NCBI GenBank assembly: GCA_029256575.1
Contig: JAQSXR010000015.1
Location: 19,614-83,613, forward strand
Reading direction: 5' to 3'
DNA length: 64,000 bases
Origin: Clostridiales bacterium
Lineage (GTDB): Bacteria > Bacillota > Clostridia > Lachnospirales > JAQSXR01
The position numbers were made by a program, and so were the translations under genes. The notes beneath the pieces were generated by a model that did not search any database, was not told the DNA's origin, and worked only from the letters and a program-made list of their open reading frames with translations. Below are positions 41,414 through 53,691 of this stretch, piece after piece (the first letter of the stretch is position 1; each line of letters begins with the position of its first letter).

Positions 41414-42754
41414 TTATTTATTATCCAGAAAAGCAATCGCCCGTTGTAAGCTATCTTCTCCTACGTCAGTCACAATATCAGGAGTAAGCGTATTCTGGTC
41501 CGCTTTTGTGTCTGGTCTGTCGAGTTTAAGATATGAAATACTCATAAATATTTCACTATTCTTTGTTTCATATTGAACTACATCTGAGTAGCAGCTTGGT
41601 GCATTTATACTTGTACGTCCTATTATTGTTCCAAGTTTACCATCCTGAACATATACTCCTAGCATTGTTGCGGAACTAAATGTATATTCATTTGTTAGAA
41701 TTACTAAATTAATATTGTCGTTTCTAACTACATTTGTATTAACGGGATTTTGTTCAATTCCGCTTGTCTCGGTCCATCCCCTTAATTTAGAGGATAATGG
41801 AGAACGCCGAAAAGTTGATCCATATTCAGGAGCAGTCATACCAAGCGTCTTTAGAAGTTGCCTGCAATATTCCGCATTTCCACCACCATTATTACGTACA
41901 TCAATTATTACTTTACTAATTCCATTATGAATAGCATCCTTTAATTTCTCATTTTCTTCATTAAATTTATGATTATCAAGTGCGCATGTATTCAGGTCAA
42001 TATAATAAATATCACCCATTAACTCTGATTGTATTTCTGTGGTATATGAATATGCATCATAATATAACTTTTCCATAAATTTAATTCGTTTTTCTACCAT
42101 TGTTCCATTTTCATCAATCGTAACCTTTATAGATTCTTTACTAACATCGCAACCTGCAAACTGCAGCATCGGTTTATACACTGACCATACTGAATGATTA
42201 AAGTTAATTCCTGTTGGATTTTCAGCTGAAAAATACAAATCTACTGTTTTAAATATATTCTGTATCGGAATCCCATCAATATTAATAATACTATTTTTTG
42301 TAACTTTACCGTCATCATCCAACAAATACAATTTATCTCCATCCGCATAACAATTAATATTCATAAAGTACCAGCTTTGTTGGCCATTAACCCCTGTATG
42401 TAAATCTCCTAAGACCGAGAGATATTTTCTTGTTAAAAATGCAAAATCATATGGTGTTGTTTCCTTCGTAATAGCACCTAAATATTCTTGCTTTTCGTCT
42501 TCATAGGACTTGGGTATTTTCCCTATAGCAAAGGCAGGATGTGTTATTTCCACTGTTTCAATAACATCCATTGCATCTTGGTAATATATATTTTCTTTTA
42601 GCTCAGTAGCCGGCTCATCTGTAATCGAATTATTAATCTCTACCGGTTTGTTTGACGTTGCTCTATTATTATCATTTTTTTTGGAACAACCTGTGATCAA
42701 TAACAAAGATAAAGATAAAGTCAATAATAATGTTATGTATTTTCTCTTTTTCAT
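41414..42754 (-). CDS. S41 family peptidase lipoprotein
   Basis: Lipobox ITGC; LGDLHT, IIDVRNNGGG, TFSSA, IIGR, PDI. Confidence 0.88.
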   Translation of the reverse strand: MKKRKYITLLLTLSLSLLLITGCSKKNDNNRATSNKPVEINNSITDEPATELKENIYYQDAMDVIETVEITHPAFAIGKIPKSYEDEKQEYLGAITKETTPYDFAFLTRKYLSVLGDLHTGVNGQQSWYFMNINCYADGDKLYLLDDDGKVTKNSIINIDGIPIQNIFKTVDLYFSAENPTGINFNHSVWSVYKPMLQFAGCDVSKESIKVTIDENGTMVEKRIKFMEKLYYDAYSYTTEIQSELMGDIYYIDLNTCALDNHKFNEENEKLKDAIHNGISKVIIDVRNNGGGNAEYCRQLLKTLGMTAPEYGSTFRRSPLSSKLRGWTETSGIEQNPVNTNVVRNDNINLVILTNEYTFSSATMLGVYVQDGKLGTIIGRTSINAPSCYSDVVQYETKNSEIFMSISYLKLDRPDTKADQNTLTPDIVTDVGEDSLQRAIAFLDNK

Positions 42755-43029
42755 ATCTTATGTTCCTCTTTTCTTATGTATATAAACTGTTAAAGAATAT
42801 GAATTTATGCTCATGCCAATATTTTGTATGAAATAATCCTACGTAAATAATATATACGCTTATTGCCATGTTTTGTCAAGTTCCTAGTTGTTATATATGG
42901 ATCCGGTTATTTAATCAAAAAGGGTGCTCCCGTAGATGAATTATGGTACAATTAAGTATAACAACGAGAATTGCATACAAGTCACTAATAATAATCTATA
43001 TAGCTTAAGGCTTTGAAGGGTAGGTAAAT

Positions 43030-44877
43030 TTGAATAATAAGTATCAGGTATTAAAGAAGTATTTCGGTTATGATGAATTTAGAGAAGGTCAAGAATTACT
43101 AATTGATAGTATATTAGATGGAAATGATACCTTGGGAATTATGCCAACAGGAGCAGGAAAATCAATTTGTTTCCAGATCCCCGCTTTGATGCTAGAAGGA
43201 ATTACTTTAGTAGTATCGCCCCTTATCTCATTAATGAAGGATCAAGTAAGTGCATTGAATCAATCGGGAATTCATGCAGCATTCTTAAATAGTTCACTTA
43301 CGCAAAATCAATATAAGCTTGCTTTGCAGTATGCGAAGGAAGGTCGTTACAAAATTATTTACATAGCTCCAGAAAGATTAATGACGGAGGATTTCTTAGA
43401 TCTTGCCCTAAATAGTAATATATCCATGATTAGTATTGATGAGGCTCATTGCGTTTCACAGTGGGGCCAAGATTTCCGTCCTAGTTACTTAAAAATAGTA
43501 GAATTCATTGAAAGTTTACCAAGCAGACCTATTGTAAGTGCATTTACTGCAACTGCAACGACTGAAGTAAAAGACGATATCATACGTATGCTAAAGCTTC
43601 AAGACCCAACTACATTAACAACTGGATTCGACCGTAAAAATCTTCATTTCTCAGTTCAAACCCCAAAGGATAAATATGCAGTTGTAAGTAAATATATTAA
43701 AGAAAATGAAGATAAAAGTGGAATAATTTATTGCCTAACTCGAAAAATCGTCGAAGAAGTATGTGAGAGATTGGATCGAGAAGGTGTTGCTGTAACTCGT
43801 TATCATGCTGGCCTTAGTGATGCAGAACGACACAAGAATCAAGATGATTTTATCTATGATGTTAAGCCTATTATGGTGGCGACAAATGCTTTTGGTATGG
43901 GAATTGATAAATCAAATGTAAGCTTTGTTATTCATTATAATATGCCAAAAAATATAGAAAGTTATTATCAGGAAGCTGGTCGTTCCGGAAGAGATGGTGA
44001 ACCTGCTGAGTGTATTTTACTATATGCTGGACAAGATGTCGTTACCAATCAATTTTTTATTGAGAATAATAGTGATAACGAAGGCCTCGATCGGGAAACG
44101 TTTGAAGTGGTAAAACAGCGTGATCGTGAAAGACTTAAGAAAATGACTTTTTATTGTTTTACCAATGAATGCTTAAGAGATTATATCTTAAGATATTTTG
44201 GTGAATATGGTACTAATTATTGTGGAAATTGTTCAAACTGTATGACTCAATTTGATACGCTAGATGTCACTGATATTGCACAGGGCATTATTGGTTGTAT
44301 TCTTGACTGCAGACAAAGATACGGGATTACCGTAATTATTGATACGGTTCACGGAAGTAATTCTGCGAAGATTCGTCAATATAGAATGAATGAAAATCAA
44401 TACTATGGTAAATTATCACACGTTACAATACCAAGGTTGAGACAAGTACTGAATCATCTAATATTAACTAATTATTTGAATCTTACGAACGAAGAGTATG
44501 CCATTCTAAAGCTTACTCCTATTTCCAAATCAGTTTTAGATGATAATGAACTTATCACTATGAAGCTTGCAAAAGAAAGAGAAATTGTTCCAAAAGAAAA
44601 GAAACTTAAGAAAGCTACAAAAGGATCCAGTAAAAATAAGAATCCAGAATTATTTGAGCTTCTTAGAAAACTTCGTACTGATATCGCGAAAGAAGAAAGT
44701 ATGCCTCCCTATATTATATTTACAGATAAAACTTTAACACAAATGTGTGATCTATTACCTACTACATACGAGGAAATGCTAACTGTTTCCGGTGTCGGAG
44801 AAGTAAAGTACAGTAAGTATGGTGAACGCTTTCTAAAAATTATAAATCAGTATATGCGTTCCTCTAAAAAGGTATAG
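43030..44877 (+). CDS. recQ: DNA helicase RecQ
   Basis: MPTGAGKSICFQ, IDEAHCVSQWGQDFRP, YYQEAGRSGRDG, Zn-binding/RQC and HRDC domains. Confidence 0.96.
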   Translation: MNNKYQVLKKYFGYDEFREGQELLIDSILDGNDTLGIMPTGAGKSICFQIPALMLEGITLVVSPLISLMKDQVSALNQSGIHAAFLNSSLTQNQYKLALQYAKEGRYKIIYIAPERLMTEDFLDLALNSNISMISIDEAHCVSQWGQDFRPSYLKIVEFIESLPSRPIVSAFTATATTEVKDDIIRMLKLQDPTTLTTGFDRKNLHFSVQTPKDKYAVVSKYIKENEDKSGIIYCLTRKIVEEVCERLDREGVAVTRYHAGLSDAERHKNQDDFIYDVKPIMVATNAFGMGIDKSNVSFVIHYNMPKNIESYYQEAGRSGRDGEPAECILLYAGQDVVTNQFFIENNSDNEGLDRETFEVVKQRDRERLKKMTFYCFTNECLRDYILRYFGEYGTNYCGNCSNCMTQFDTLDVTDIAQGIIGCILDCRQRYGITVIIDTVHGSNSAKIRQYRMNENQYYGKLSHVTIPRLRQVLNHLILTNYLNLTNEEYAILKLTPISKSVLDDNELITMKLAKEREIVPKEKKLKKATKGSSKNKNPELFELLRKLRTDIAKEESMPPYIIFTDKTLTQMCDLLPTTYEEMLTVSGVGEVKYSKYGERFLKIINQYMRSSKKV

Positions 44878-44905
44878 TTATAATCTTAAATTGTGGTGAG
44901 AACTT

Positions 44906-46282
44906 TTATTCCCTTTCTACCTCAAACTTATTGCTCAATATCTTTCGAAACTGAATTGAAAATATGATTAAAGTAGTTGTCGCTGCAAAAAAATCTGATA
45001 TTGGCTCTGCAAACAATACCGCAAACACTTTATTATCAAAGAAATTTGGCAGAATGTATATCAATGGTATAAGTAGGACCATTTTTCGTAAAAGTGCAAG
45101 TAGAATAGAAACTTTTGCTTGTCCAACTGCAATAAAGGTTTGTTGACAAGCTGACTGTGCACCCCACACAAATGCTGCTCCCATGTAGATTCTCAATGCC
45201 CATACTGTAGTCTTAACCAGTACGGGATCCGTACTAAACAGTGAGATTGGGAGTCTTGGAAATAGCATAACAAATATCCAAAATATTGTTGAATAGCTCA
45301 CAGTAGAAATAATTAATAGTTTAAATGTTTTTTTCACACGTTCTGTATTATTTGCCCCATAATTATAGCTAATAATTGGTTGAGCTCCTTGTGTTAATCC
45401 CATTATTGGCAATATTAGAACCTGCATTATACTAGAAAGTATCGTCATTGCTCCTACTGCTATATCACCGCCATAGGTTTGTAGCGATGAGTTAAGCGAA
45501 ATACTTAAAAGACTTTCTGTGCTCTGCATAACAAAAGGAGATGCACCTAAGATTAATACGGGAACCAGGATTGTTCTTCGTACCTTCATATATTTTTTAC
45601 GTATTCTTAGCCTTGTCTTCTTTCCAAATAAAAATGTCAACACCCATATTGCAGAAACCATTTGTGAAACAACTGTTGCAATCGCTGCTCCTTCAACACC
45701 CATATTAAATCCAAATATTAAAATAGGATCTAGAATAATATTAATAATTGCTCCAATAATAACTGTAAGCATACTAATTCCAGCAAATCCTTGTGTAGAG
45801 ATAAAACTATTTAATCCCAATGCCATCTGTACAAATATTGTTCCTATTACATATATGTTTAAATAACTTAATGCGTAAGGAATCGTTTCAGAGCTTCCTC
45901 CAAACATTAATAATAAGTCTTTTCCAAAAATTAAAAATACTACTGTCAGTACAAAAGAAATTCCAATGAGCGCTACAAAACAGTTTCCTAGTATTTGTTC
46001 TGCTTCATCATCTTTTCTCTGCCCCAATTTAATCGCCGCACGAGGTGCTCCTCCCATTCCGATTAGTGAACTAAAGGCTGTAATGATCATTATAACTGGA
46101 AAAGTAATTCCCACTCCAGTCAATGCTGTTTTCCCTATATCAGGAATGTGTCCTATGTAAATACGATCGACAATGTTATAGAGCATATTAACTAATTGTG
46201 CAGTAACAGCAGGTATCGCCAAACTTAACAGCAATTTCCCTAAACTTTGTGTACCTAGTTTGTCCTTCGTTCTATTTCTCAT
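44906..46282 (-). CDS. MATE family efflux transporter
   Basis: LYNIVDRIYIG, NIILDPILIF..MGVEGAAIATV. Confidence 0.93.
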   Translation of the reverse strand: MRNRTKDKLGTQSLGKLLLSLAIPAVTAQLVNMLYNIVDRIYIGHIPDIGKTALTGVGITFPVIMIITAFSSLIGMGGAPRAAIKLGQRKDDEAEQILGNCFVALIGISFVLTVVFLIFGKDLLLMFGGSSETIPYALSYLNIYVIGTIFVQMALGLNSFISTQGFAGISMLTVIIGAIINIILDPILIFGFNMGVEGAAIATVVSQMVSAIWVLTFLFGKKTRLRIRKKYMKVRRTILVPVLILGASPFVMQSTESLLSISLNSSLQTYGGDIAVGAMTILSSIMQVLILPIMGLTQGAQPIISYNYGANNTERVKKTFKLLIISTVSYSTIFWIFVMLFPRLPISLFSTDPVLVKTTVWALRIYMGAAFVWGAQSACQQTFIAVGQAKVSILLALLRKMVLLIPLIYILPNFFDNKVFAVLFAEPISDFFAATTTLIIFSIQFRKILSNKFEVERE

Positions 46283-46483
46283 TTTTATATTTTCATTCCT
46301 TACTTTAATATTTTTATTTAGCTAGTATTCTTCGAGTATATAAATATAAAGCAATTATTTTTCACTTGACCAATATATCTATTATATTATTAGGACGTAC
46401 TTAATACAAGTATGAAACGAAACGCTTTTGCCCATAAAAAAACCAGGTACTATTCCTGGTATATGTGAAATATTACTATCCAA

Positions 46484-48231
46484 TTATTTTTTGTATCTAA
46501 AATCTCTCTTTTGCTTTGCTTCTTTCTTTAAACCTGCAAGAGCTTCTGTTAATTCAAAGGCATTACTATATGTTTGTGTTTGATTATCCGCTACCACACA
46601 TGTTAGAGTAATCAAAGGAAAGCTCTCAATCTCACCATGCCTATTCGCTGTGATAATATATCCCTTTTGAATATCCGCTTTATTATAGAAATTTAATACC
46701 TCAAGTTCAAACGTTTTTGCTATTTCTACAAAGTATCCTTCCGGAACATACTTATCCATAATAATTACAAAATCATCTCCCCCAATATGACCTATAAATT
46801 GATCTTCTTGAATTTGGCTTTTTAGAATATCAGCTAATAACTTTATGACTATATCCCCATTCTCAAATCCATACACATCATTATATGCCTTAAAATTATC
46901 AATATCAAAGTATGCAACACTATAATTGATTTTATCGTTAATGCACTTACTCAACCTTTGTTCAATAAGAATATTACCTGGTAACCCTGAAAGTGGATTT
47001 TGATGCTTTGCTGCAGATACTTCTATCTCCGTAGTCTTTTGGAGCAAGTCCTTAATCGTAACTGTTCCAATGTATTTATCCTCTTCCGTAACTACGATGA
47101 AATCATAGAGTTTATCATTAGTTCGTGACATAGCCAGCGAAGATACAACATTTATCGGAGTTCTATAATCTACCGATAAAAAATCTTTATCCATAAGATT
47201 TGAAATTGTCTTGTTTTGATTTAGTGTAAACCCATAATATCCACTTAGTTTTAGAGCTAACTTTTCTTGGGTAACAATTCCAACTGGTTTCTCATTCTCA
47301 ACAACACATAGCCCAATACAATCAATATTCTGTTTGAAAATATCATAGACATTAAGTGTCATTTCATTCGAAGAAACAGTATCGGAAATGGTGCATAAAT
47401 TTTTAATTGAAGTGTTAGAAATTATGCTTTGAGGAGTGTCGTTTTTCTTTAGGTTAATTTCACGAATGGACTCCAAAAGTTCTTGCCTAATTTCGATTAC
47501 TTCTGCATCTGGTTTTTGAATAAAGTAGCCCTGTCCATACTGAACTCCTAGATTTACAAGCGTTACTAATTCCTCTTCGGTTTCAATTCCTTCTGCTATC
47601 AAGAAAATGTTAGATACTTTAGAAAGCTCTACCATACCCTTCACGAGTGCAAATTTTAAGTTGTCTGTATCAACACCATGAACCAAATTCATATCTAACT
47701 TAATGTAGTTTGGTTTAATATCGCTTATCAGGTTCAAACCGGAATACCCTGCCCCAGCGTCATCAATCGCAATCTTATAATCCTGACTTTTATAATGATT
47801 AATGGTTGTTCGAAAGCCAGTCATATCGGTAATTACATTTCTCTCTGTTATTTCAAAAATAACATTGTTGGGAGTAATCTTATATTGCGTTAAAAAGTCT
47901 TTTGTAAAACCTTTCTTAAAGTTAGTGTCATGCATCGTATTGGGGTCTACATTAAGAAACAGTTTTTTATTATAGGTGGAATCATAAATTCAAACGCTGC
48001 TTCAAGTGCAGTAGTTCTACATAACAATTCCAAGTCCCACAGGCGATTGAACTCCTCTGCAATGGTAAACATCATGTCAGGATTCTTAATTTCATTTTCA
48101 CAAGTAATTCTACTCAATGCTTCGTGGCCAAGAATACTACCATTTCTTAGAGAAATAATGGGTTGAAAAACAGTCTTAATACTTTTGTTTTGGATGATAT
48201 AATCTAATGCTTCCTTTTTACTATTTGCCAT
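46484..48231 (-). CDS. EAL-CBS-GGDEF c-di-GMP signalling protein split by a 1-nt frameshift near 47970
   Basis: VFQPIISL..GHEALSR; frame change at PP|YNKKLFLNVDPNT; EITE, DDAGAGYSGL, AEGIET; CBS pair; DIDNFKAYNDVYGF, GHIGGDDF. Confidence 0.88.
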
Positions 48232-48374
48232 TTTACATCCTCGATTTCAATTAATTTAATATGATAACTTAATTCTATCATATAAAAATCTCAATGATGT
48301 ATTGGTTTTGTAAGTTGTAAGTTAGATTCTTGTAAAACTTTTTCCCTGTCAAAACACCCTAGATTCCGTTCTTT

Positions 48375-49001
48375 TTAACCCCCTAAGGTTACATCTTGCT
48401 GATCATACCATTCTAATGCTTGTACCAAATGTTCTGGCTTATAATCCGGCCACATTTCCTCCACAACATAAAAGTCAGCATATACGGATTGCACCGGAAG
48501 AAATCCGGATAATCTACGCATATTTCCCCAACGAATTACTAAATCGATTCTAGAAATATCATTCGAATGCAATTTACTCATGATTGATTTACCCGATGAA
48601 TTTGTGGATTCTATATTGGATAAATCCCACTCCCAACCATAATTTACAAGAAAGTTTACCTTAATACCCCCTCCATTTATATCTGTTCTTGTGGTATACG
48701 GCAAAAGTTCTTTCGGAAAGCTTTGCGACTCTTTATTGCCAATAACTAATAACGAAGTCCCTTCCGCAGAAATCATATTAACGGCATCAACACATGCCTT
48801 TTTGAATGCCTCTTGTTGGATGCTAGGTCTTTTACAATTATCTATTGTAAAACCATAATAAGTAACTTCTTTCACGCCATATTCTTTTGCTTGTCTTAGA
48901 AGTTCAAGTCCTGGATTTAAACCATATTCATACCCTTTTTCTTTTCCAAGTCCTTTACTGTTTGCCCATCTTCTATTCCCATCTGGAATAATTCCTATAA
49001 C
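48375..49001 (-). pseudogene. Undecaprenyl diphosphate synthase family protein, start missing and 1-nt frameshift
   Basis: IGIIPDGNRRWA then a frame change in an A-run to KGLGKEKGY...YGFTIDN; DLVIRWGNMRRLSGFL; no ATG before IGIIPDG. Confidence 0.8.
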
Positions 49002-49010
49002 TTATATAAA

Positions 49011-50189
49011 TTAAACAATTTCTTGTTTTGCATTAGAAGCAAATTTAAATAATATATACCCGATTACGAACATTAAGCAAATTACTATTACACCTGTTTT
49101 TGAACTTCCACTAATCTGTGTAGAAACACCCATTAGGAAGGTTCCCATAAAGGAGGCTCCCTTTCCAAAAATATCATAGAAACCAAAGTATTCGCTTGAT
49201 TTTTCCTTTGGTATAATCTTTGCAAAGTATGATCTCGAAAGCGCCTGTATTGCACCTTGAAACATTCCAACACATACAGCTAATACCCAGAACTCCCAAG
49301 TCTTATCTAACTGAAGAGCAAACAAAGCTATAATAAAATAACCAATAATACATGAACTGATTAGACTTTTTGTTTTGAATTTCTTTGATAATTTCCCAAA
49401 TAAAATAGCAAATGGAAAGGCAACTATTTGTGTTAATAAAAGTGCATAAACCTAGAAAAAGAATGCAATTAGGAATAAAAATATATTCTTTTGTTTCTTA
49501 ATATCTTGGAAGACTTTACCCAGTCTCCCAAACGCTTTTCTCATTGCGTGTTTTTCTACTTCTATGTAATGGATATGCTTATAATGTTTAAGCAAAGGAA
49601 GTGTAATAACAAGCCACCACACCGCGTTTAGTATAAAAGCAAATCCCATAGCAAACTCTGTAGTCAAAGATAATTTCTCTGCAAACATTACAATTACTAA
49701 ACTAATAATAAATGGTATGCAACTTCCTATATACCCCCAAGCAAATCCTAAGGAAGAAATAGAGTCCATCCTCTCATCGGTTGTTACATCGGATAGCATC
49801 GAATCATAGAAAACAAGGCTACCAGATACCCCAACTTTAGCGATTACGAAAACAGATAGGAAGATAATCCAAGGAAGTGGTAATGCAAGTGCTGCACATC
49901 CCAAAACACCCATCATCATAAAGAAAGTAAATATCGGTTTCTTATACCCTTTTGTATCCGCTAACGTTCCCAAAACAGGTGCTAAAATTACTAATAACAA
50001 TGTTGAAAATGATAATGCATAGCTCCAATATGCTGTTGAATTTGCACCAGATATCCCATCTGCTTTTGCAATGTTTTTAAAATAAATTGGGATAATGGTC
50101 GCGATTAATAGGAAAAATGCAGAATTCGCAACGTCATAGAGAATCCAATACTTCTCGAGCTTTGTTAATTTTCTATCGGATTTATTCAT
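49011..50189 (-). pseudogene. MFS transporter (UMF1/ATG22-like) with internal deletion and stop
   Basis: WILYDVANSAF, APVLGTLAD, FYDSML, GYIGS; FFF*VYALLLTQ lacks the usual YxDGxxTII...G segment; GAIQALSRSYFAKIIP. Confidence 0.85.
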
Positions 50190-50246
50190 AAATTATACCT
50201 TCTCTTTCTATTTAGAATAATTTAAATGTTAAATGTCCAATATCTT

Positions 50247-51035
50247 TTAGCCAAAATCTCTCTCAAATCGCTTAGAAAGGAATTTGGAGTTGTCAAGATT
50301 CTTATAAAATTCGTTAACAATATTTGCTGTTGGGGTAATCGCTTCTTGATATACTTTTTGTAATTGTATACTTGTACTTGCACACTTTGGGTTAGGATTA
50401 TAATTCATAATTAACCCTATCATTCCCTCATAATTGCCAGACAATCTTAAAGCTGTAATTATAAAAGTTCGTTTCATTCTTCCAGGTGCAACAAGTAGGT
50501 TTAAATACTGTTTCATAGATTTCAGAGCTTTAAAAATCTGTTTAGGAGTAACTCCTTTATAAAACCATGAAATACATGTTGAGTCCTCATAATTTGCCTT
50601 AATATGTTTCGTTGGTTTATATGAAAGAGGATCAAGATTGTTTTTTATCATAAGTACACGTTCAAATTCAGTTTCAATTTCACTGTGCGAGATTCCTAAT
50701 TTTTCTGCCTCCCTTACAACGGGATGACATTCACTGTCTAACATAAAGTGACAGATAAAACCCAAAATGTATGCTGTTGCAGCTTCCTTATCAGGACACT
50801 CAAGAATATCTTTCTTTGCATTTTTAATGAATTTATCTGCTGTTTTCTTGTGTAATTCATGCCCAATTTTGTTGACTGGATTGGAACCTAGAGGCTTGTA
50901 ATAAAATAAAACATCTGGTCCATGAAGACCAATTTGAAACAAGCTTTGATGCTTAGATATTAGCTTCTTTATATTATCATCAAAATGTTCTAATACCTGT
51001 TCACCAAAAGAATAATGGGCATAAGTCGATGGCAT
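50247..51035 (-). CDS. Zinc-dependent phospholipase C family protein
   Basis: MPSTYAH, GLHGPD, GFICHFMLDSECHP, HSEIE. Confidence 0.85.
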   Translation of the reverse strand: MPSTYAHYSFGEQVLEHFDDNIKKLISKHQSLFQIGLHGPDVLFYYKPLGSNPVNKIGHELHKKTADKFIKNAKKDILECPDKEAATAYILGFICHFMLDSECHPVVREAEKLGISHSEIETEFERVLMIKNNLDPLSYKPTKHIKANYEDSTCISWFYKGVTPKQIFKALKSMKQYLNLLVAPGRMKRTFIITALRLSGNYEGMIGLIMNYNPNPKCASTSIQLQKVYQEAITPTANIVNEFYKNLDNSKFLSKRFERDFG

Positions 51036-51165
51036 ATTAAGTCCTCCAATTTATTTAGTATAATTAATTGTAACAGATAATTATCAAATCTACTACAATA
51101 TATGGTAAATTTAAAACTAAATTATTGTAAAAAAAATCGCCCTTTAAAGGCGACTTTCAATTTTT

Positions 51166-51771
51166 CTAGAATTTTTTTGCATACTTTTGTGCATCTAATA
51201 CTACATTATCAACAATTCCATTCACATCACTTCCAATAACATCTAAATGTTCAGCTGTAATTGTTACAAAATTTGTTATTCCCATAAATCCAAATATTGT
51301 TCTTAAATATCGGTCTCCCATTTCAAGTTCGCTAAAAGGAAAATCTAAATAACCGCCACCTCTGGCTACGATATGTACTGCTTTTTTCCCTTTGCATAGT
51401 CCTACTGGTCCGTTTTCAGTATACTTAAATGTAATTCCAGTTACGCATATATAATCAATATATGCCTTTAAGATTGCAGGGATACTTAAATTCCACAATG
51501 GTGCGGCAACAATATATTTGTCTGCTTCCGCGAATTGATATGCATACTTAAGTATAGGATGGTCTTTCCCCTCTCCAAATCTTGGTGCGTGAACCTCAGA
51601 CAGTTTGTCTTGTGGTAAAAAATTAATTCCCTCTTTATATAAATCTAGCGTAATAATGTCATCGTCAGGGTTGTTTTTCTTATACTCTTCCAAAAAACTT
51701 TCTGAAATCTTATAAGTTCTTGATTTTACTTCTTCATTTGCATTTGCCTTAATATATAGCACTTTACTCAT
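51166..51771 (-). CDS. azoR: FMN-dependent NADH-azoreductase
   Basis: AAPLWNLSIPAILKAYID, TFKYTENGPVGL, ARGGGY. Confidence 0.92.
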   Translation of the reverse strand: MSKVLYIKANANEEVKSRTYKISESFLEEYKKNNPDDDIITLDLYKEGINFLPQDKLSEVHAPRFGEGKDHPILKYAYQFAEADKYIVAAPLWNLSIPAILKAYIDYICVTGITFKYTENGPVGLCKGKKAVHIVARGGGYLDFPFSELEMGDRYLRTIFGFMGITNFVTITAEHLDVIGSDVNGIVDNVVLDAQKYAKKF

Positions 51772-52026
51772 AACACTTGTCCTCCTTTTTTATATCAATC
51801 TTTAAAAATATTACAAGTAGGCACTTTTATTATAGTTAGTATACTAAAATATACCAATTCTTTCAAAGAGAAGTAATAAAAGCCTATATTACACGTTTTA
51901 TTAATTCCTCATTTATCCAATTTTTGATATTATTTTACAAAGATAAATGGTATAATCTAAATAAATCTTTTATATGTATCAATCCTATATTATTATATTA
52001 AGAAATTATTTAAAGGAGCTGGTAAT

Positions 52027-52392
52027 TTGATTAGTAAAATGCGCTGTATAGAACCCATACATGAAGAATGCCATATGAATGAACATTGTATAAAACATAA
52101 AGTATGCCCCATGGTATTAGTTAATGATCTTCTTTCCGGTAAATGGAAGATATTAATCTTGTGGAATTTAAGTCATAGAACTCTCAGATTTAGCGATATT
52201 AAACGACAATTACCTAATGTAACTCAAAAAATGCTAACCATGCAATTAAGAAGTTTAGAAGATGATAAGTTAATATTCCGAAAAGTATATCCCGAAGTCC
52301 CACCCAAAGTTGAGTATAGCCTATCAGAAATAGGCAAAGAAATATTGCCTATTTTAGAACTGATGCATTCCTTTGGAAATTTATTAGATTAA
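52027..52392 (+). CDS. HxlR (MarR/DUF24) family regulator, divergent from azoR
   Basis: CPM...LSGKWKILIL...RFSDIKR..PNVTQKMLTMQLRSLE...VYPEVPPKVEYSL. Confidence 0.92.
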   Translation: MISKMRCIEPIHEECHMNEHCIKHKVCPMVLVNDLLSGKWKILILWNLSHRTLRFSDIKRQLPNVTQKMLTMQLRSLEDDKLIFRKVYPEVPPKVEYSLSEIGKEILPILELMHSFGNLLD

Positions 52393-52416
52393 TCAGTAAT
52401 ACATAAAATATTCAGA

Positions 52417-52490
52417 AAACCCCAAAAGCTCATTGTGATATTTCACTTGTCTACTTAACAAGGGCATATCACATAGCATTTGGGGTTTTT
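52417..52490. terminator. Long hairpin between convergent genes
   Basis: aaaaccccaaa..tgtgatat..cttgt/acaag..atatcaca..tttggggtttt. Confidence 0.65.
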
Positions 52491-52502
52491 AGTCTAACTG
52501 AA

Positions 52503-53480
52503 TTAATTAAACTTAATAAAATCCTCTACTGACTTATATTCTGTAATTATTACGCCACCTTTTTCAATAAGTTCTACAAATGAATCTTGAATTACTATTG
52601 CATTTTCATTAAATAGTTTAAGATTATCTGCATTGTATGAACTCATTAAATCAAATTTCTTCAAATTATATTCTCTTGAGATTGAATTTAATTCATTTTG
52701 AAGGCATGCCCCTGATATATATGCAAGCACTGCATCACCACTTTGACATGTTACACTGATTTTGTTCCATGCAGAGATTGCCTCTTTGTAGAACTCTGCA
52801 AGATCATTATAATTTATTGTTTGGGAATGTGTTTCTTGTATTTTTACCATTCCATCGATAAATGTCTTAGTATTCTTAATAATTTGATAGCAAACTTGCT
52901 TCATTTCTTGTTCTGATTTTGCTTTTATTATTTTTTCATATAAAAGCACATAGTCTTGTGGAACTGACTCCATATTCTTTAAATCTTCTAATTGTTTCTT
53001 AAGTCCACGGCTAAAATAAGCTTGATTCGCATATGCTACTGCTTCTGATAATAGCATTATGATTTTTCCTGCTATTGTTCTTAATAAACAAATATCTTCT
53101 TCAAATAACATAACTCTATATTCGTCCATTACTGTCTCGAGCCGATCTAGTGCTTTTTCAAGCATAAATAATTTGTTGTTTAAATTACTCTTAAGTCTAT
53201 GTTGTAATCCTTCAAATCTAATTCTATCTTCTTCTTGATTACAATATAAAATCTTAACATTAGCGAGACAAGGTGTTATTGATTCTTCTAATTCTGCAAG
53301 ACCTGCTACCCTTTCCCAAGTCATTGGGAATAAATCATACCCTATGCCTTCCACTATAAAACTTTTACATAATTCACTCGCACGTTCTGTTTTCGGAATA
53401 TAATAAAAATCTACGTCTGACATTTGGTTTGCTGTACCATTTTCATAAGATCCGTAGACAAGAAAAAGGCTTACGTCGTT
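52503..53480 (-). pseudogene. Kanamycin-nucleotidyltransferase-like (pol-beta fold) protein, N-terminus lost
   Basis: In frame upstream of the called start: NDVSLFLVYGSYENGTANQMSDVDFYY (GS...DxD), preceded by TAA with no start codon; GIGYDLFPMTWER. Confidence 0.75.
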
Positions 53481-53574
53481 TTAGACGCATAATACAAAAA
53501 ATACCAAATCAATTCAGTAGCCATGATGTGATGTATAAATATTCCTATGCTCTTAAACGCAAGAATATAAATCA

Positions 53575-53615
53575 TAATAGCGAACTAATCATTAATAGCG
53601 AACTAATCATTAATA
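53575..53615. repeat. 18-bp tandem duplication
   Basis: taatagcgaactaatcat twice, plus a partial taata. Confidence 0.85.
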
Positions 53616-53691
53616 ACTAAGAAATGTCTCTTTGGCACAGTTGAAACAAACATTAACATATGATAGAATATTCTTTATTGGAGACTAAACT

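Noticed and set aside
48300-48340. Pho-box-like TTACA repeats upstream of the EAL-CBS-GGDEF gene (and near 56265)
   Set aside because: The matches are weak and expected by chance in AT-rich DNA; they cannot be supported without comparative data.
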